Assembly: GCA_963840855.1 (NCBI GenBank)
Contig: CAWJBB010000039.1
Span: 60,517 to 124,516, forward strand
Length of the DNA: 64,000 nt
Direction: 5' to 3'
From: an uncultured delta proteobacterium
Lineage (GTDB): Bacteria; Desulfobacterota; Binatia; UBA9968
The notes beneath the pieces were generated by a model. The model saw only the letters and a list, made by a program, of their open reading frames with translations. It had not been told where the DNA came from and searched no databases. A program made the translations under genes and the position numbers. This document shows positions 10,474 to 20,119 of this stretch, one piece after another (position 1 is the stretch's first letter; each line of letters starts with the position of its first letter).

Positions 10474-10500
10474 GTTAAAGTTCAAGTTCAAAGTTCAAGG
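10474..10500. repeat. Single-arm GTTCAA tandem array
   Basis: GTTAAAGTTCAAGTTCAAAGTTCAAGG between trpB and trpA; contains the trpB stop. Confidence 0.75.
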
Positions 10501-11690
10501 TGAAGAAAAATCCTCACTCCGAGGTAATCCCCCACGGTCATCATGTCTTTGTCGCCGCGGCCGGAGAGATTAACGATAACGGTTTGCTGCTTGGGCAAGC
10601 GCGGCGCAAGACGCATTACCACAGCGATGGCGTGGGCGCTCTCCAACGCCGGAATAATACCTTCGATTTCTGCGAGGTATTTGAGCGCGGCGATGGCCTC
10701 GCCGTCGGTGGCGGCGGCGAACTGCACCCGGCCCCGGTCGCGCAGGTAACTCAGCTCGGGACCGACGCCAGGATAGTCCAGTCCCGCCGCGATGGAATGG
10801 GTCTCGCGAATCTGGCCGGAGCTGTCCTGCAGTACGTAGCTCTTGCTGCCATGCAGCACGCCGATCTCGCCGCCGAGAACCGACGCCGCATGCTCGCCGG
10901 TGCCGAGCCCCCGTCCCGCCGCCTCGACGCCGAGCATGCTTACATTGCGGTCTTTGACGAAGGGATAAAAAAGCCCTATCGAGTTGCTGCCGCCACCGAC
11001 GCAGGCCACCAGATAGTCGGGCAAACGCCCCTCGGCTTTAAGAATCTGACGGCGCGCTTCCCGGCCGATCACCGATTGGAAGTCGCGCACCATCATGGGG
11101 TAGGGGTGCGGCCCCGCCACCGATCCGATCAGGTAGTAAGTCGTGCGCACGTAGGTCACCCAGTCTCTAAGCGCTTCGTTCATGGCGTCCTTTAATGTCT
11201 CGCTACCGGACTCCACGACCAGCACTTTCGCGCCCAAAAGCTTCATGCGAAACACATTGAGCGATTGGCGTCGGACATCTTCCCGCCCCATGAAGACTTC
11301 GCACTTGAGACCGAAGCGTGCCGCCACCGTCGCCGTGGCCACGCCATGCTGGCCGGCGCCAGTCTCGGCGATGATCCTCTTCTTGCCCATGCGACGCGCC
11401 AGCAGAATCTGGCCGATGGTGTTGTTGATCTTGTGCGCCCCGGTGTGGCAGAGGTCTTCGCGTTTGAGATATATCTTCGCCCCGCCCAGTTCGCGGGTTA
11501 GCCGCTCGGCGAAATAGAGCGGGGTTTCCCGACCCGCGTACTCGCGGAGATAGCGCCGAAACTCTTTTTGAAATGCGCGGTCTCGGCGCGCCGCCGCATA
11601 GGCCCGCTCCAATTCCATGATTGCGGGCATGAGCGTCTCTGCCACATAGCGGCCGCCGAAGGGGCCGAAGTGGCCGCGCCGGTCAGGCAC
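10488..11690 (-). CDS. trpB: Tryptophan synthase beta chain
   Basis: [38 protein letters not shown]; start taken as GTG 11690 overlapping the trpF stop (ATG 11726 is the alternative). Confidence 0.96.
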   Translation of the reverse strand: MPDRRGHFGPFGGRYVAETLMPAIMELERAYAAARRDRAFQKEFRRYLREYAGRETPLYFAERLTRELGGAKIYLKREDLCHTGAHKINNTIGQILLARRMGKKRIIAETGAGQHGVATATVAARFGLKCEVFMGREDVRRQSLNVFRMKLLGAKVLVVESGSETLKDAMNEALRDWVTYVRTTYYLIGSVAGPHPYPMMVRDFQSVIGREARRQILKAEGRLPDYLVACVGGGSNSIGLFYPFVKDRNVSMLGVEAAGRGLGTGEHAASVLGGEIGVLHGSKSYVLQDSSGQIRETHSIAAGLDYPGVGPELSYLRDRGRVQFAAATDGEAIAALKYLAEIEGIIPALESAHAIAVVMRLAPRLPKQQTVIVNLSGRGDKDMMTVGDYLGVRIFLHLEL

Positions 11691-12309
11691 TTTTGGCAGC
11701 AACAATGAACTCTTTGAGTTTGCCATGATCCTTGATACCCGGACGCGCCTCCACACCGCTGCAAACATCGACTCCGTACGGCCGCACGCGGCGAATCGCT
11801 GCCGCGACATTGGCGACGGTGAGCCCGCCCGACAAAATCAGTTTCTCTGTTTTCACTCCTTCGAGCCACTCCCAGGGAAACCCGGCGCCTGACCCGCCGT
11901 AGCCCGCGGTCCAGGAGTCCAGCAAATAGAATTCCGCGGGAAACTTGTCCATACCGAGCAGCGATTGCTTATCCTTCAAGCGGAATGCTTTAATCACTTT
12001 CATGTCCCAACCGCGGCAGTAATCTGCGCTCTCCTCGCCGTGAAACTGCAAGCCGGAATATGCCTGCCGGCCATTCGCCAACCTTCCGCTGGCGATGACT
12101 TCACGTACCCTCGATTGAGACTCATTGACAAATAGCGCGACGTTGAAAGACGTTTCCGGCAATCCAGCGAGAACCGCCGCCGCCGCCTGCGGCGTTACAC
12201 AACGCGGGCTCGGCTGATAAAAGTTAAATCCCAAGAGATCCGCGCCAAACTCAAGCGCCTTTTCCGCGTCAATCAAGCTGGTAATGCCGCACACTTTGAC
12301 TGTAACCAT
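11683..12309 (-). CDS. trpF: Phosphoribosylanthranilate isomerase
   Basis: [31 protein letters not shown]. Confidence 0.95.
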   Translation of the reverse strand: MVTVKVCGITSLIDAEKALEFGADLLGFNFYQPSPRCVTPQAAAAVLAGLPETSFNVALFVNESQSRVREVIASGRLANGRQAYSGLQFHGEESADYCRGWDMKVIKAFRLKDKQSLLGMDKFPAEFYLLDSWTAGYGGSGAGFPWEWLEGVKTEKLILSGGLTVANVAAAIRRVRPYGVDVCSGVEARPGIKDHGKLKEFIVAAKSA

Positions 12310-12310
12310 G

Positions 12311-12387
12311 TCGTGCTCGTTGCTCGTGCTCGTGCTCGAAAATCGCGCCTAGCCTTAATCACGATCACAGTCACGAACCCGGTCACG
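12311..12387. repeat. Hexamer-period inverted-arm element (GTGCTC / CACGAN)
   Basis: TCGTGCTCGTTGCTCGTGCTCGTGCTCG ... TCACGATCACAGTCACGAACCCGGTCACG between trpC and trpF. Confidence 0.65.
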
Positions 12388-13159
12388 TTAAAAGTTCCCT
12401 CAGCTTCTGTCCGGGCGCCGGCGCGCGCATCAGCGATTCACCGATCAAAAAAACATGGATGCCCCACCCTTCGATCCGCCGAATCTGCTCGATGCTGTCT
12501 ATGCCGCTTTCGCAAATCGCCGGCATGCCCGGCGGAACGAGGGGCGCCAGCTTTTGCGTGGTCGCGAGATCGACGTTGAAGGTCTTCAGATCGCGGTTGT
12601 TAATCCCCACCAGTTGCGCGCCCGCTTCGAGGGCCGCGCCCAGCTCTTCTTCGCTGTGCACCTCGACGATAGAATCGAGTCCCAGGGCCGTGGCCTGCTC
12701 GCGGAGATCGCGCAGCGAATCGCGGTCGAGCAGCGCCGCGATAAACAATACGGCGTCGGCGCCATAACTTTTTGCTTCGGTCAACTGATAAGGATCGAGC
12801 ATGAAATCCTTGCGCAAAAGCGGCACGGCGACGGCGGCGTGAATTCGTTCCAGATCGTCGAGACTGCCTTGAAAGTGCCGTTCCTCCGTGAGCACCGAAA
12901 TCGCGCTGGCGCCATGCGTCGCGTACTCGCGGGCGATGGCGACGGCGTCGAAATCCTCTCGAATCAGCCCCTTGGACGGCGAAGCCCGTTTGACCTCGGC
13001 GATGATGCGGCGGGTGTTGCCAGCGAGACTCCGGGCGAAACCGCGGGTCACGACATTGAACAATGGACGGTCGCGCAGCGCCGTCAATGGCCGGTCGCGC
13101 CGCCGCCGGTCTACCTCTTCGCGCGCATGCCCGGCGATGGTGGCGAGAAATCCAGCCAT
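12383..13159 (-). CDS. trpC: Indole-3-glycerol phosphate synthase
   Basis: IAEVKRASPSKG, ISVLTE, LRKDF, GINNRDL, ESGI, LIGESLM. Confidence 0.96.
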   Translation of the reverse strand: MAGFLATIAGHAREEVDRRRRDRPLTALRDRPLFNVVTRGFARSLAGNTRRIIAEVKRASPSKGLIREDFDAVAIAREYATHGASAISVLTEERHFQGSLDDLERIHAAVAVPLLRKDFMLDPYQLTEAKSYGADAVLFIAALLDRDSLRDLREQATALGLDSIVEVHSEEELGAALEAGAQLVGINNRDLKTFNVDLATTQKLAPLVPPGMPAICESGIDSIEQIRRIEGWGIHVFLIGESLMRAPAPGQKLRELLT

Positions 13160-13163
13160 GAGT

Positions 13164-14180
13164 CTACGCGGCGTTAGTCATCTCGACCAACCGGGCAAGC
13201 TTTTCGCTGGCCTTCCCGGAGTCGATGGATTCGGCGGCCAACCGCATGCCGTCCTGAATAGTGGCCGCGCTGCCGCCGACGTAAAGCGCCGCGCCGCCGT
13301 TGAGCAGAACCACGTCTCGCGCCGGTCCCTTATCGCCTTGCAAAACCCCGCGCACGATGGCGGCGCTTTGCTCCGCGTTGCCGCCGTGCAGGTCCTCCAT
13401 GCGGCAGCATTTCAGACCAAACTGTTCGGGCTCGACGATATATTCCTTGACCTGGCCACCGCGCAGCTCGGCGACCTTGGTCGGACCGCAAAGTGAAATT
13501 TCATCCAAGCCTTCCATGCCGTGGACGACCATGGCACAGACGCTGCCGAGATTTTTCAGCACATGGGCGATCATGCCCACAAGATCGCCGCTGTAGAGGC
13601 CGATTAGCTGGTGCGTCGCCATTGCTGGATTGGTCAACGGACCCAAGAGATTAAAAACTGTGCGAATGCCGATATCGCGGCGCGGCTGGACGGCGTATTT
13701 CATCGCTTCGTGAAGTAGCGGCGCGAAGAGAAAGCCGATGCCGATCTTGGCGATGCACTCCTCCACGCGTTCCTTGGGCGCGTCGACTTTTACGCCCAGA
13801 GCCCCGAGCACATCGGCGCTACCCGACTGGCTGGAGACCGAACGATTGCCATGCTTGGCGACGTTAATGCCCGCGCCGGCAACGACGAACGCCGCGGTGG
13901 TGGAAATATTGAAAGTCCCTTTCTGATCGCCTCCTGTGCCACAGGTATCGATCACCGTCTTCGACCCAACCTGGACACGGTGGGCCTTCTCACGCATAAC
14001 CCGCGCCGCGCCGGTAACTTCTTCGACGGACTCGCCTTTCATGCGCAGGGCGGTCAGAAAAGACGCCACTTGCAGCGGCGTCGCCTCTCCGGTCATGATC
14101 TGATTCATGGCTTCGATCATCTCCGGCTCGGAAAGACTGACCCGGTTGACGAGCTTGTCAATGGCGTCGCGGATACTCAT
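13164..14180 (-). CDS. trpD: Anthranilate phosphoribosyltransferase
   Basis: DTCGTGGD, FNIST, AKHGNRSVSSQSGSAD, FNLLGPLTNP. Confidence 0.96.
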   Translation of the reverse strand: MSIRDAIDKLVNRVSLSEPEMIEAMNQIMTGEATPLQVASFLTALRMKGESVEEVTGAARVMREKAHRVQVGSKTVIDTCGTGGDQKGTFNISTTAAFVVAGAGINVAKHGNRSVSSQSGSADVLGALGVKVDAPKERVEECIAKIGIGFLFAPLLHEAMKYAVQPRRDIGIRTVFNLLGPLTNPAMATHQLIGLYSGDLVGMIAHVLKNLGSVCAMVVHGMEGLDEISLCGPTKVAELRGGQVKEYIVEPEQFGLKCCRMEDLHGGNAEQSAAIVRGVLQGDKGPARDVVLLNGGAALYVGGSAATIQDGMRLAAESIDSGKASEKLARLVEMTNAA

Positions 14181-14218
14181 GATTCTTATCTATTTTTGAA
14201 TGCTATTTTCTTTTAATG

Positions 14219-14926
14219 CTATTTTCTAGTAGCGAACGCTTTTCCTAGATCCTCTTTGCTCTTCAACATTGCTACGGTTTTATCCGCTTCTTCGCGGGAC
14301 CCAAAGCGTCCGATGCGCACGCGGTACCAGACCTTTCCTTGGACGTTCGCTTCCGTGACAAACGCGTTGTATCCTTTATTTTTCAGACGATCAACCAAGT
14401 CATTGGCGGATTTCGCATCGGGGTAGGAGTTCGCTTGCACGCTCCAGCCCTTGCCGTTCGTTTTCGCTTCGGCGCTCTCCGTTGCCTGCGCCTTGGTTTC
14501 GGGTTCGGCGGCCGCCGGAGATTTTTCGCCGCGGTTCTCCGCGGCTTTGGCACGCGCCGTCGTTTCCTCAGGGCCCTGCGGCTTTTTCTCTTTCGTCGCG
14601 GCCCTGGCGGTTTTCTCGGCTTCTTCCGTCTTGGTCTCCGCCGCCTGCTTAGACTCGGGCGTTTTCGTCAGCGTATTGTAAAACGTAAGGTCGTCTTTGC
14701 TCTTCGCCCCCTCCGTTCCGGCAGCACCCCGCGGCGCTGGTTTTACCGGCACTTTAACGAGGGGCTCTTCGGGGCGCACAATTTTGCGCGCTTCGATTTC
14801 TTTGCCGACAAACATACCCAGTCCAAAAATGATAACAGAGGCCAGCGTGAAAGCGCCGCCCAATAACGCCATCTGCCATCTGGTGAAATAATATCGTTTA
14901 TCTTTTTCTCTGCGGTTTTCAGCCAT
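14219..14926 (-). CDS. SPOR-domain membrane protein (FtsN/DedD-like)
   Basis: One TM helix, LTFYNTL motif, low-complexity linker, WSVQANSY...WYRVRIGRF; downstream of argS as is common. Confidence 0.85.
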   Translation of the reverse strand: MAENRREKDKRYYFTRWQMALLGGAFTLASVIIFGLGMFVGKEIEARKIVRPEEPLVKVPVKPAPRGAAGTEGAKSKDDLTFYNTLTKTPESKQAAETKTEEAEKTARAATKEKKPQGPEETTARAKAAENRGEKSPAAAEPETKAQATESAEAKTNGKGWSVQANSYPDAKSANDLVDRLKNKGYNAFVTEANVQGKVWYRVRIGRFGSREEADKTVAMLKSKEDLGKAFATRK

Positions 14927-14953
14927 AGCTTCCCCTTCCCGTGAGCAGCCTCC

Positions 14954-16651
14954 TCAGCACGCGGCGCCATCCAGGCCCGACAAAGAAGCCATACGCAGCG
15001 GCGCGTCCACGCCGAGGATCTCGAGCCCGCGCCGGATGGTTTTCTGCGCGTTCATGACCAGCAGCAGGCGCGCCTGGCTCAATGCACGGTCGTCGGTTAT
15101 TACCCGGTGGCGGTTATAATAACGATGAAACTCGCCGGCGAGCTCGAGCAAATAAAAAATCATGCGGTGCGGTTCGAGCTCGCGCACTGATTCTTCCAGG
15201 ACCTCATTGAACTGAATCATCCGGCGAATCAGTTCCAATTCTTCCGCCAACTCGAGCCGTTCTAAAGAAACCCCGCCGCTGCCGGCTACGTTCAAAGCCA
15301 TGCCGTTCCTTCGCGCCTGCTCGAGGATACTCGCTACCCGCGCATGGGCGTATTGCACGTAAAACACCGGATTATCGCTCGACTGCCGCTTGGCGAGTTC
15401 GAGATCGAAGTCGAGATGACTATCGGACTTGCGCATGAGAAAAAAGAAACGCGCGGCGTCGCGTCCCACTTCTTGCAACACTTCGTCCAGCGCGACGTAT
15501 CCGCCGGTGCGCTTTCCCATGCGCACCGGCTCCCCGCCGCGCGTGAGTTGCACCATCTGCACGAGCACCACGCGCAGGGCGTCTGCGTCATAACCCAAGC
15601 CGCGCATGGCCGCCTTGAGCCGCGCCACGTAGCCGTGGTGATCGGCGCCCCAGACGTTAATCAGCCGCCCGAACTTCCGCTCGAATTTATTGCGGTGATA
15701 GGCGATATCCGAGGCAAAATAGGTCAATTCACCGTCGCTTTTGATCACCGTCCGATCCTTGTCGTCACCGAACTGCGTCGAGCGAAACCACTCCGCGCCG
15801 TCTTGCGCGTACAGCAAACCGCGCCGGCGCAAGAGATCCATCGATTGGACGACTTCGCTGCGCTCGCGCAGGGCCTTTTCACTAAAGAAAGAGTCGAATT
15901 CAATGCCAAAGTCGCTAAGCTGCCCGCGGATCGTCTCGAGCAACCTCTCGCCGCCGTACTGGGTGAAATACTTTACCGCCGCCGTCTTGTCCCCGTGGAG
16001 AAATTTATCGCCGGCTTGATCCTTAACCGACCGGGCGACGTCGATGACGTAATCGCCGGGATAGCCCTCGGCGGGAAACTCCACCGTCTCGCCGAAAATC
16101 TCGCGGTAGCGCGCGTCAATCGAAAGCCCGAGGTTCTCCATCTGTTTGCCGGCGTCGTTGACGTAGTATTCTTTTTGCACTTCGAAACCGGTGGCTTGGT
16201 GCAAGCGCGCCAAAACATCGCCGATCACCGCCACTCGCCCGTGGCCGACGTGTAGCGGACCGGTGGGATTGACGCTGGCAAACTCCACCTGGACCTTTTC
16301 TCCTTTGCCGAGATCGAAGCGCGCCTCTTTGTCCGCTGCCAACTCGCGTAAGCGCTCGTAATAAAACTTGGGCGCGAAGGCAAAATTCAAAAAACCAGGG
16401 CCGGCGATCTCGCGGCGCGCGATGATCCCGCCCGGATCTTCAAAATTCTTGAGGATCAACTCGGCAATGGCGCGCGGCGCTTTTTTCGCGCTCTTCGCCC
16501 ACAACATGGCGACGTTCGTCGTCAGATCGCCGAACTCGCGTTGCTTGGGCGGCTCAAGAAGCAAAGGGGGGAGCTCGTTAGAAAACAGCTCTCCCCCCTT
16601 CGCCGTTTTATCAATGGCCTGGGTTAATAGTTCCCTAAGCTGACTGCGCAT
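14954..16651 (-). CDS. argS: Arginine--tRNA ligase
   Basis: AGPGFLNF, EFASVNPTGPLHVGHGR (HIGH), WGADHHGY, MGKRTG, YVQYAHAR. Confidence 0.97.
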   Translation of the reverse strand: MRSQLRELLTQAIDKTAKGGELFSNELPPLLLEPPKQREFGDLTTNVAMLWAKSAKKAPRAIAELILKNFEDPGGIIARREIAGPGFLNFAFAPKFYYERLRELAADKEARFDLGKGEKVQVEFASVNPTGPLHVGHGRVAVIGDVLARLHQATGFEVQKEYYVNDAGKQMENLGLSIDARYREIFGETVEFPAEGYPGDYVIDVARSVKDQAGDKFLHGDKTAAVKYFTQYGGERLLETIRGQLSDFGIEFDSFFSEKALRERSEVVQSMDLLRRRGLLYAQDGAEWFRSTQFGDDKDRTVIKSDGELTYFASDIAYHRNKFERKFGRLINVWGADHHGYVARLKAAMRGLGYDADALRVVLVQMVQLTRGGEPVRMGKRTGGYVALDEVLQEVGRDAARFFFLMRKSDSHLDFDLELAKRQSSDNPVFYVQYAHARVASILEQARRNGMALNVAGSGGVSLERLELAEELELIRRMIQFNEVLEESVRELEPHRMIFYLLELAGEFHRYYNRHRVITDDRALSQARLLLVMNAQKTIRRGLEILGVDAPLRMASLSGLDGAAC

Positions 16652-16734
16652 TGCGGCCTCGCATCAACCTGCTCTGCACCCTGCGAAATAAAGCGCTGCT
16701 TTGTCGGGGGGATAAAGACGCGCTAACCCGTTTA

Positions 16735-16764
16735 TTTATAACGACTTTCCCCAGGAAATGTCAA
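16735..16764 (-). promoter_or_regulatory. Candidate sigma70 promoter for argS
   Basis: TTGACA-N18-TATAAA on the minus strand about 85 bp upstream of the argS start. Confidence 0.5.
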
Positions 16765-16847
16765 TATTAACCGGCCCCCGGCATGGGCAGCGTCATGCCA
16801 GCCACTTTCTGCGTTTGCAGCAAAATTGCGTCTGACGATCCCGTTGA

Positions 16848-17348
16848 CTACGCGGGCTTGCGTGACGGTAATTCCCCCGCTCCACGTTCAAGGCGATCAT
16901 CGATCTCGGCCAGATAGACCGTCAGCGAGTTCTCACATTGCGCGATGGACGAGCGCATGTCTCGCTCAAGCTGGTCCATGCGCGCGGCCAGTTCCGTCTT
17001 GGATCGCTCGGTCTGTTGCGCGAGGTTTTGCAGCTGAGTTTCCAGAAACGCGCGCAGCTCATGGAGGCGTGAGCCTTCCGCTTGCTCGGCAAGCTCGCGC
17101 TGGGCGTGCAACTCGCGGGCGTGGCGGCGGGTTTCGAAGAGCACCGACGATTGCAAATAGGCGACATAGAGCAGGAACAACGCGGCGAGCAGCACGACGA
17201 TGCTGAGCAAAATGAGGCCAAGCGGCCCCTCCACGGTAGCGAATATCACGGAAAGAGTCGTGGGCGCGGTAAATGCGTTCCAGTTAACTGCTGTGAAGAG
17301 CGCCAACCCTCCCAGCACAAGCAGTATCAAGACCGTGCGCAAGTACAT
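16848..17348 (-). CDS. LapA-like membrane protein with coiled coil
   Basis: Two TM helices around NWNAFTAPTTLS...EGPLGLILL, then heptad-rich tail; GGAGG RBS. Confidence 0.7.
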   Translation of the reverse strand: MYLRTVLILLVLGGLALFTAVNWNAFTAPTTLSVIFATVEGPLGLILLSIVVLLAALFLLYVAYLQSSVLFETRRHARELHAQRELAEQAEGSRLHELRAFLETQLQNLAQQTERSKTELAARMDQLERDMRSSIAQCENSLTVYLAEIDDRLERGAGELPSRKPA

Positions 17349-17465
17349 GGAGACCTCCCGACGGAAAGCAGCCCGCGAGCGAAAATGCTCCGGTCCGCGC
17401 GCATTACACTTTTTCGTAGCATTTCGTACCAGGCATGCGTATCGATTATAGGACTCTAAATTTAT

Positions 17466-17819
17466 CTACTGGAGCGTCTTAAGCCGCTGTTGCATCTCCT
17501 GCGCCGTGATCTCTTGGCCGTACATTGGCGCTCCCTGGGCAAAATGCTTGGCGCGTTCGAGTGAGCCGATGATTACGGGATCGAAGCCCGCGTCTCGGAC
17601 CAAGCGCGAGGCTGCCTTCAGCGCTTCTTTGTCGTCGCCTGCGATCGGGATGGCAATGCGCCCCTCGGATCGGTTGGCGTTGCTCGCTACCTTACGATAG
17701 TTCGGCGTGTTGAATGCACGAACGACGCGCGCCTCCGCCAGATATTTCGCCGACGTGATGCCGATGCTATTTTCACGCGCTTCCTTTACGATCTCGCCAT
17801 CGCGCGCCAGAACCGCGTT
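17466..17819 (-). pseudogene. C-terminal half of an NADP oxidoreductase (F420H2:NADP/COG2085-like), 5' half missing
   Basis: Manual translation NAVLARDGEI...ARVVRAFNT...IPIAGDDKEA...LVRDAGFDPVIIGSL; no start codon before the upstream in-frame stop. Confidence 0.75.
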
Positions 17820-17962
17820 CCGTGGGCATTCGCGATTGGCGACGTTGTGCTGAACTTAGAGAAGGGCCACCGCCAAGTCAAGGCAAGGTTGCCGCTGCGT
17901 TGAGTTGGCCGGAAGCCTGTGATATTTCCCGTCGAGTCGATTCATTGGAGTAAAACCGTTGC

Positions 17963-19171
17963 ATGAGTAATCCAATCAAAACAGCTGGCGTCGTCGGTCT
18001 CGGCGTGATGGGATTTGATATCGCCTTTCTCTACGCGATGCGCGGCTATCAAACCATCGTTTATGACGCGTCCGGCACAGTCATGGAAGGCGTCGCGAAC
18101 CGTAAGGAACAGACCGTCGAACGGCTGCGTAATCGGGACCGCTTATCCAAAAGCGAGATTGAGAATCTCAGTAAACTTCTGGTACCGTCTGGCAATCTCG
18201 CCGGCCTGGCCCGGGCCGATCTGATCACCGAAGCAGTTTCAGAAAACGCCGAGGTCAAGTTAGCGCTCTATCAAGCTCTGCGCGAGGCCGGATTCAACGG
18301 TCTGCTGGCTACGAACACGTCGTCGGTGACGCGTGCGACTCTGCTCAAAGATGGAACCGTGGACAGCCGGAAGTTCGCGCTCACGCACTTCTTCAATCCG
18401 GTTCTCTACACAAAAATGGTCGAAGTCGTGACCGGCGACATGGAGACGTCACACAGCGAAACTCTACTGGCCTTCTTAAAAAATCTCGGCCGCGATCCGG
18501 TCGCCACCCAAGACATCTCCGGCTTCGTATCCAACGGCATCCTGATGGTTTACGCCGTGATGGCCGTGCGTCTGCTGGAGTGCGGCGCGCGCATCGAGCA
18601 GGTCGATCAAGCCGCCACGGAACTAAAGCTGCTGCCGCCGTTCATCAGCTTCGATAGCTGGAAACCCGCCATCGTCGAAGATGTCACGCGAATCATGTTC
18701 GACCTTCGCGGCGATGAGTTCTTGCGCTCGTCGCGGTTGCTCAGCCGCCTGGCCAATGAAAACCCGAGATTTTATATCGATCGAAAGCCCAATCCGAGGG
18801 TCTACGAGTTAGCCGACGCTAACGGAAAATCCCTCGACAACGCCAGCGTCAAACGCGCGCTCAGAACGTCGATGTTGGTAGCCGCGGCGCGCGTCGCCGA
18901 ACTTGGCGAAACCCCGGCTATCATAGACTTCGTCGCCACCGAGGGCATCAAGACGCCCGAGCCGCCACTGAAAGAGATCGACTTTGAGGGCGCCGCGACT
19001 TTGCTTCAAGATATTACGGATGTGAACCGGCTCCTTGGCAATCAGTCCTTGCCCGCTCCCGAATTGATCACCGCTATGACGAGCAAGAAAGAAACTTTCT
19101 ATAAAAACGACCAAGCCAATCCCTGGCTTCATTTACAGGTGAGACAGCAGGCCCACGATGCGAGCCATTGA
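17963..19171 (+). CDS. 3-hydroxyacyl-CoA dehydrogenase family protein
   Basis: GVVGLGVMG, EAVSEN, ATNTSS, THFFNP, GFVSN. Confidence 0.85.
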   Translation: MSNPIKTAGVVGLGVMGFDIAFLYAMRGYQTIVYDASGTVMEGVANRKEQTVERLRNRDRLSKSEIENLSKLLVPSGNLAGLARADLITEAVSENAEVKLALYQALREAGFNGLLATNTSSVTRATLLKDGTVDSRKFALTHFFNPVLYTKMVEVVTGDMETSHSETLLAFLKNLGRDPVATQDISGFVSNGILMVYAVMAVRLLECGARIEQVDQAATELKLLPPFISFDSWKPAIVEDVTRIMFDLRGDEFLRSSRLLSRLANENPRFYIDRKPNPRVYELADANGKSLDNASVKRALRTSMLVAAARVAELGETPAIIDFVATEGIKTPEPPLKEIDFEGAATLLQDITDVNRLLGNQSLPAPELITAMTSKKETFYKNDQANPWLHLQVRQQAHDASH

Positions 19172-19991
19172 CGTTCACGTACACCCGAGCACCCGCGGCC
19201 TCGACCACGGCGCCTGCGGCTATTTCCGAAGAAATTTGACCGACATACCGCAAACGGCAGAGGAATTCGCCGAGGTGTACGCCAGGAATGATGTGAAAGC
19301 GTTCTTGATCGGCTGGCACCCTTCCACGGTCCCGGACGGCATGCGCAACAGCAACGACCATGTGATCGACCTTGCGACCACATATTCCAACGCGTTCCCC
19401 GGTATTTTGGCGTCCCTCGATATCAGGGCTCAGGATTCAAACGCCGTCGCGCGCTACGCCGAAGAGCTGGTGCGGCATCCTAAGGTCGTTGGTTTTAAAT
19501 TTCATCCTCCCGACCAAGGATTTTTTCCCAGCGATAAAAAGTTCTACGGCCTCTGGGAAGTTCTCCAATCCGGCAACAAGCCGGTCATGTTCCACGTCGG
19601 CTTCACCGTACTCGGCGCCAACACCGACGGCGGCAGCGGTATCGCCCTCGATTACGGACGGCCGATTCATCTCGATACCTTGGCGCGAGATTTTCCCAGG
19701 ATGAAGATCGTCGCCGCCCATCCCGGCTGGCCCTGGGAACAAGAGTTAATCGGCGTGGTGACGCACAAGAAAAATCTTTACGTTGATACCTCCGGCTATC
19801 TTGCCGAGCAACTGCCGGAAATTTTTTTGAAAGCGATCGCCGGGCGGCTCCAGGACAAGGCGTTGTTCGGCACGGACTTTCCCTACGTCGATCTCGAGCG
19901 GGCGCTGACGAGCTTCGACAAGATGGATTTTAAGGACAGTGTCAAAGACAAGATTCTCATTGCTAACGCAAAAACTCTATTCAACCTCTAG
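19158..19991 (+). CDS. Amidohydrolase-2 family metalloenzyme
   Basis: IDVHVH, GFKFHP, AAHPGWPW, LFGTDFP. Confidence 0.88.
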   Translation: MRAIDVHVHPSTRGLDHGACGYFRRNLTDIPQTAEEFAEVYARNDVKAFLIGWHPSTVPDGMRNSNDHVIDLATTYSNAFPGILASLDIRAQDSNAVARYAEELVRHPKVVGFKFHPPDQGFFPSDKKFYGLWEVLQSGNKPVMFHVGFTVLGANTDGGSGIALDYGRPIHLDTLARDFPRMKIVAAHPGWPWEQELIGVVTHKKNLYVDTSGYLAEQLPEIFLKAIAGRLQDKALFGTDFPYVDLERALTSFDKMDFKDSVKDKILIANAKTLFNL

Positions 19992-20004
19992 CCGGCTTCG
20001 CGCC

Positions 20005-20090
20005 GTTCAAAGTTCAATGTTCAAAAGTTGGGGTTTCGGTTGTGCGGTTGAATATCCGAGCGAAACACCCTGAACGTTGAACCTTGAACC
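20005..20090. repeat. GTTCAA/TTGAAC heptamer inverted-arm element
   Basis: GTTCAAAGTTCAATGTTCAAAAGTT ... CTGAACGTTGAACCTTGAACC. Confidence 0.85.
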
Positions 20091-20119
20091 GGAGCGAGCG
20101 AAGGGAGCGATTAAATCGA

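Noticed and set aside
14181-14218. trp attenuator or leader peptide
   Set aside because: Only 38 bp precede trpD; no Trp-codon leader or terminator.
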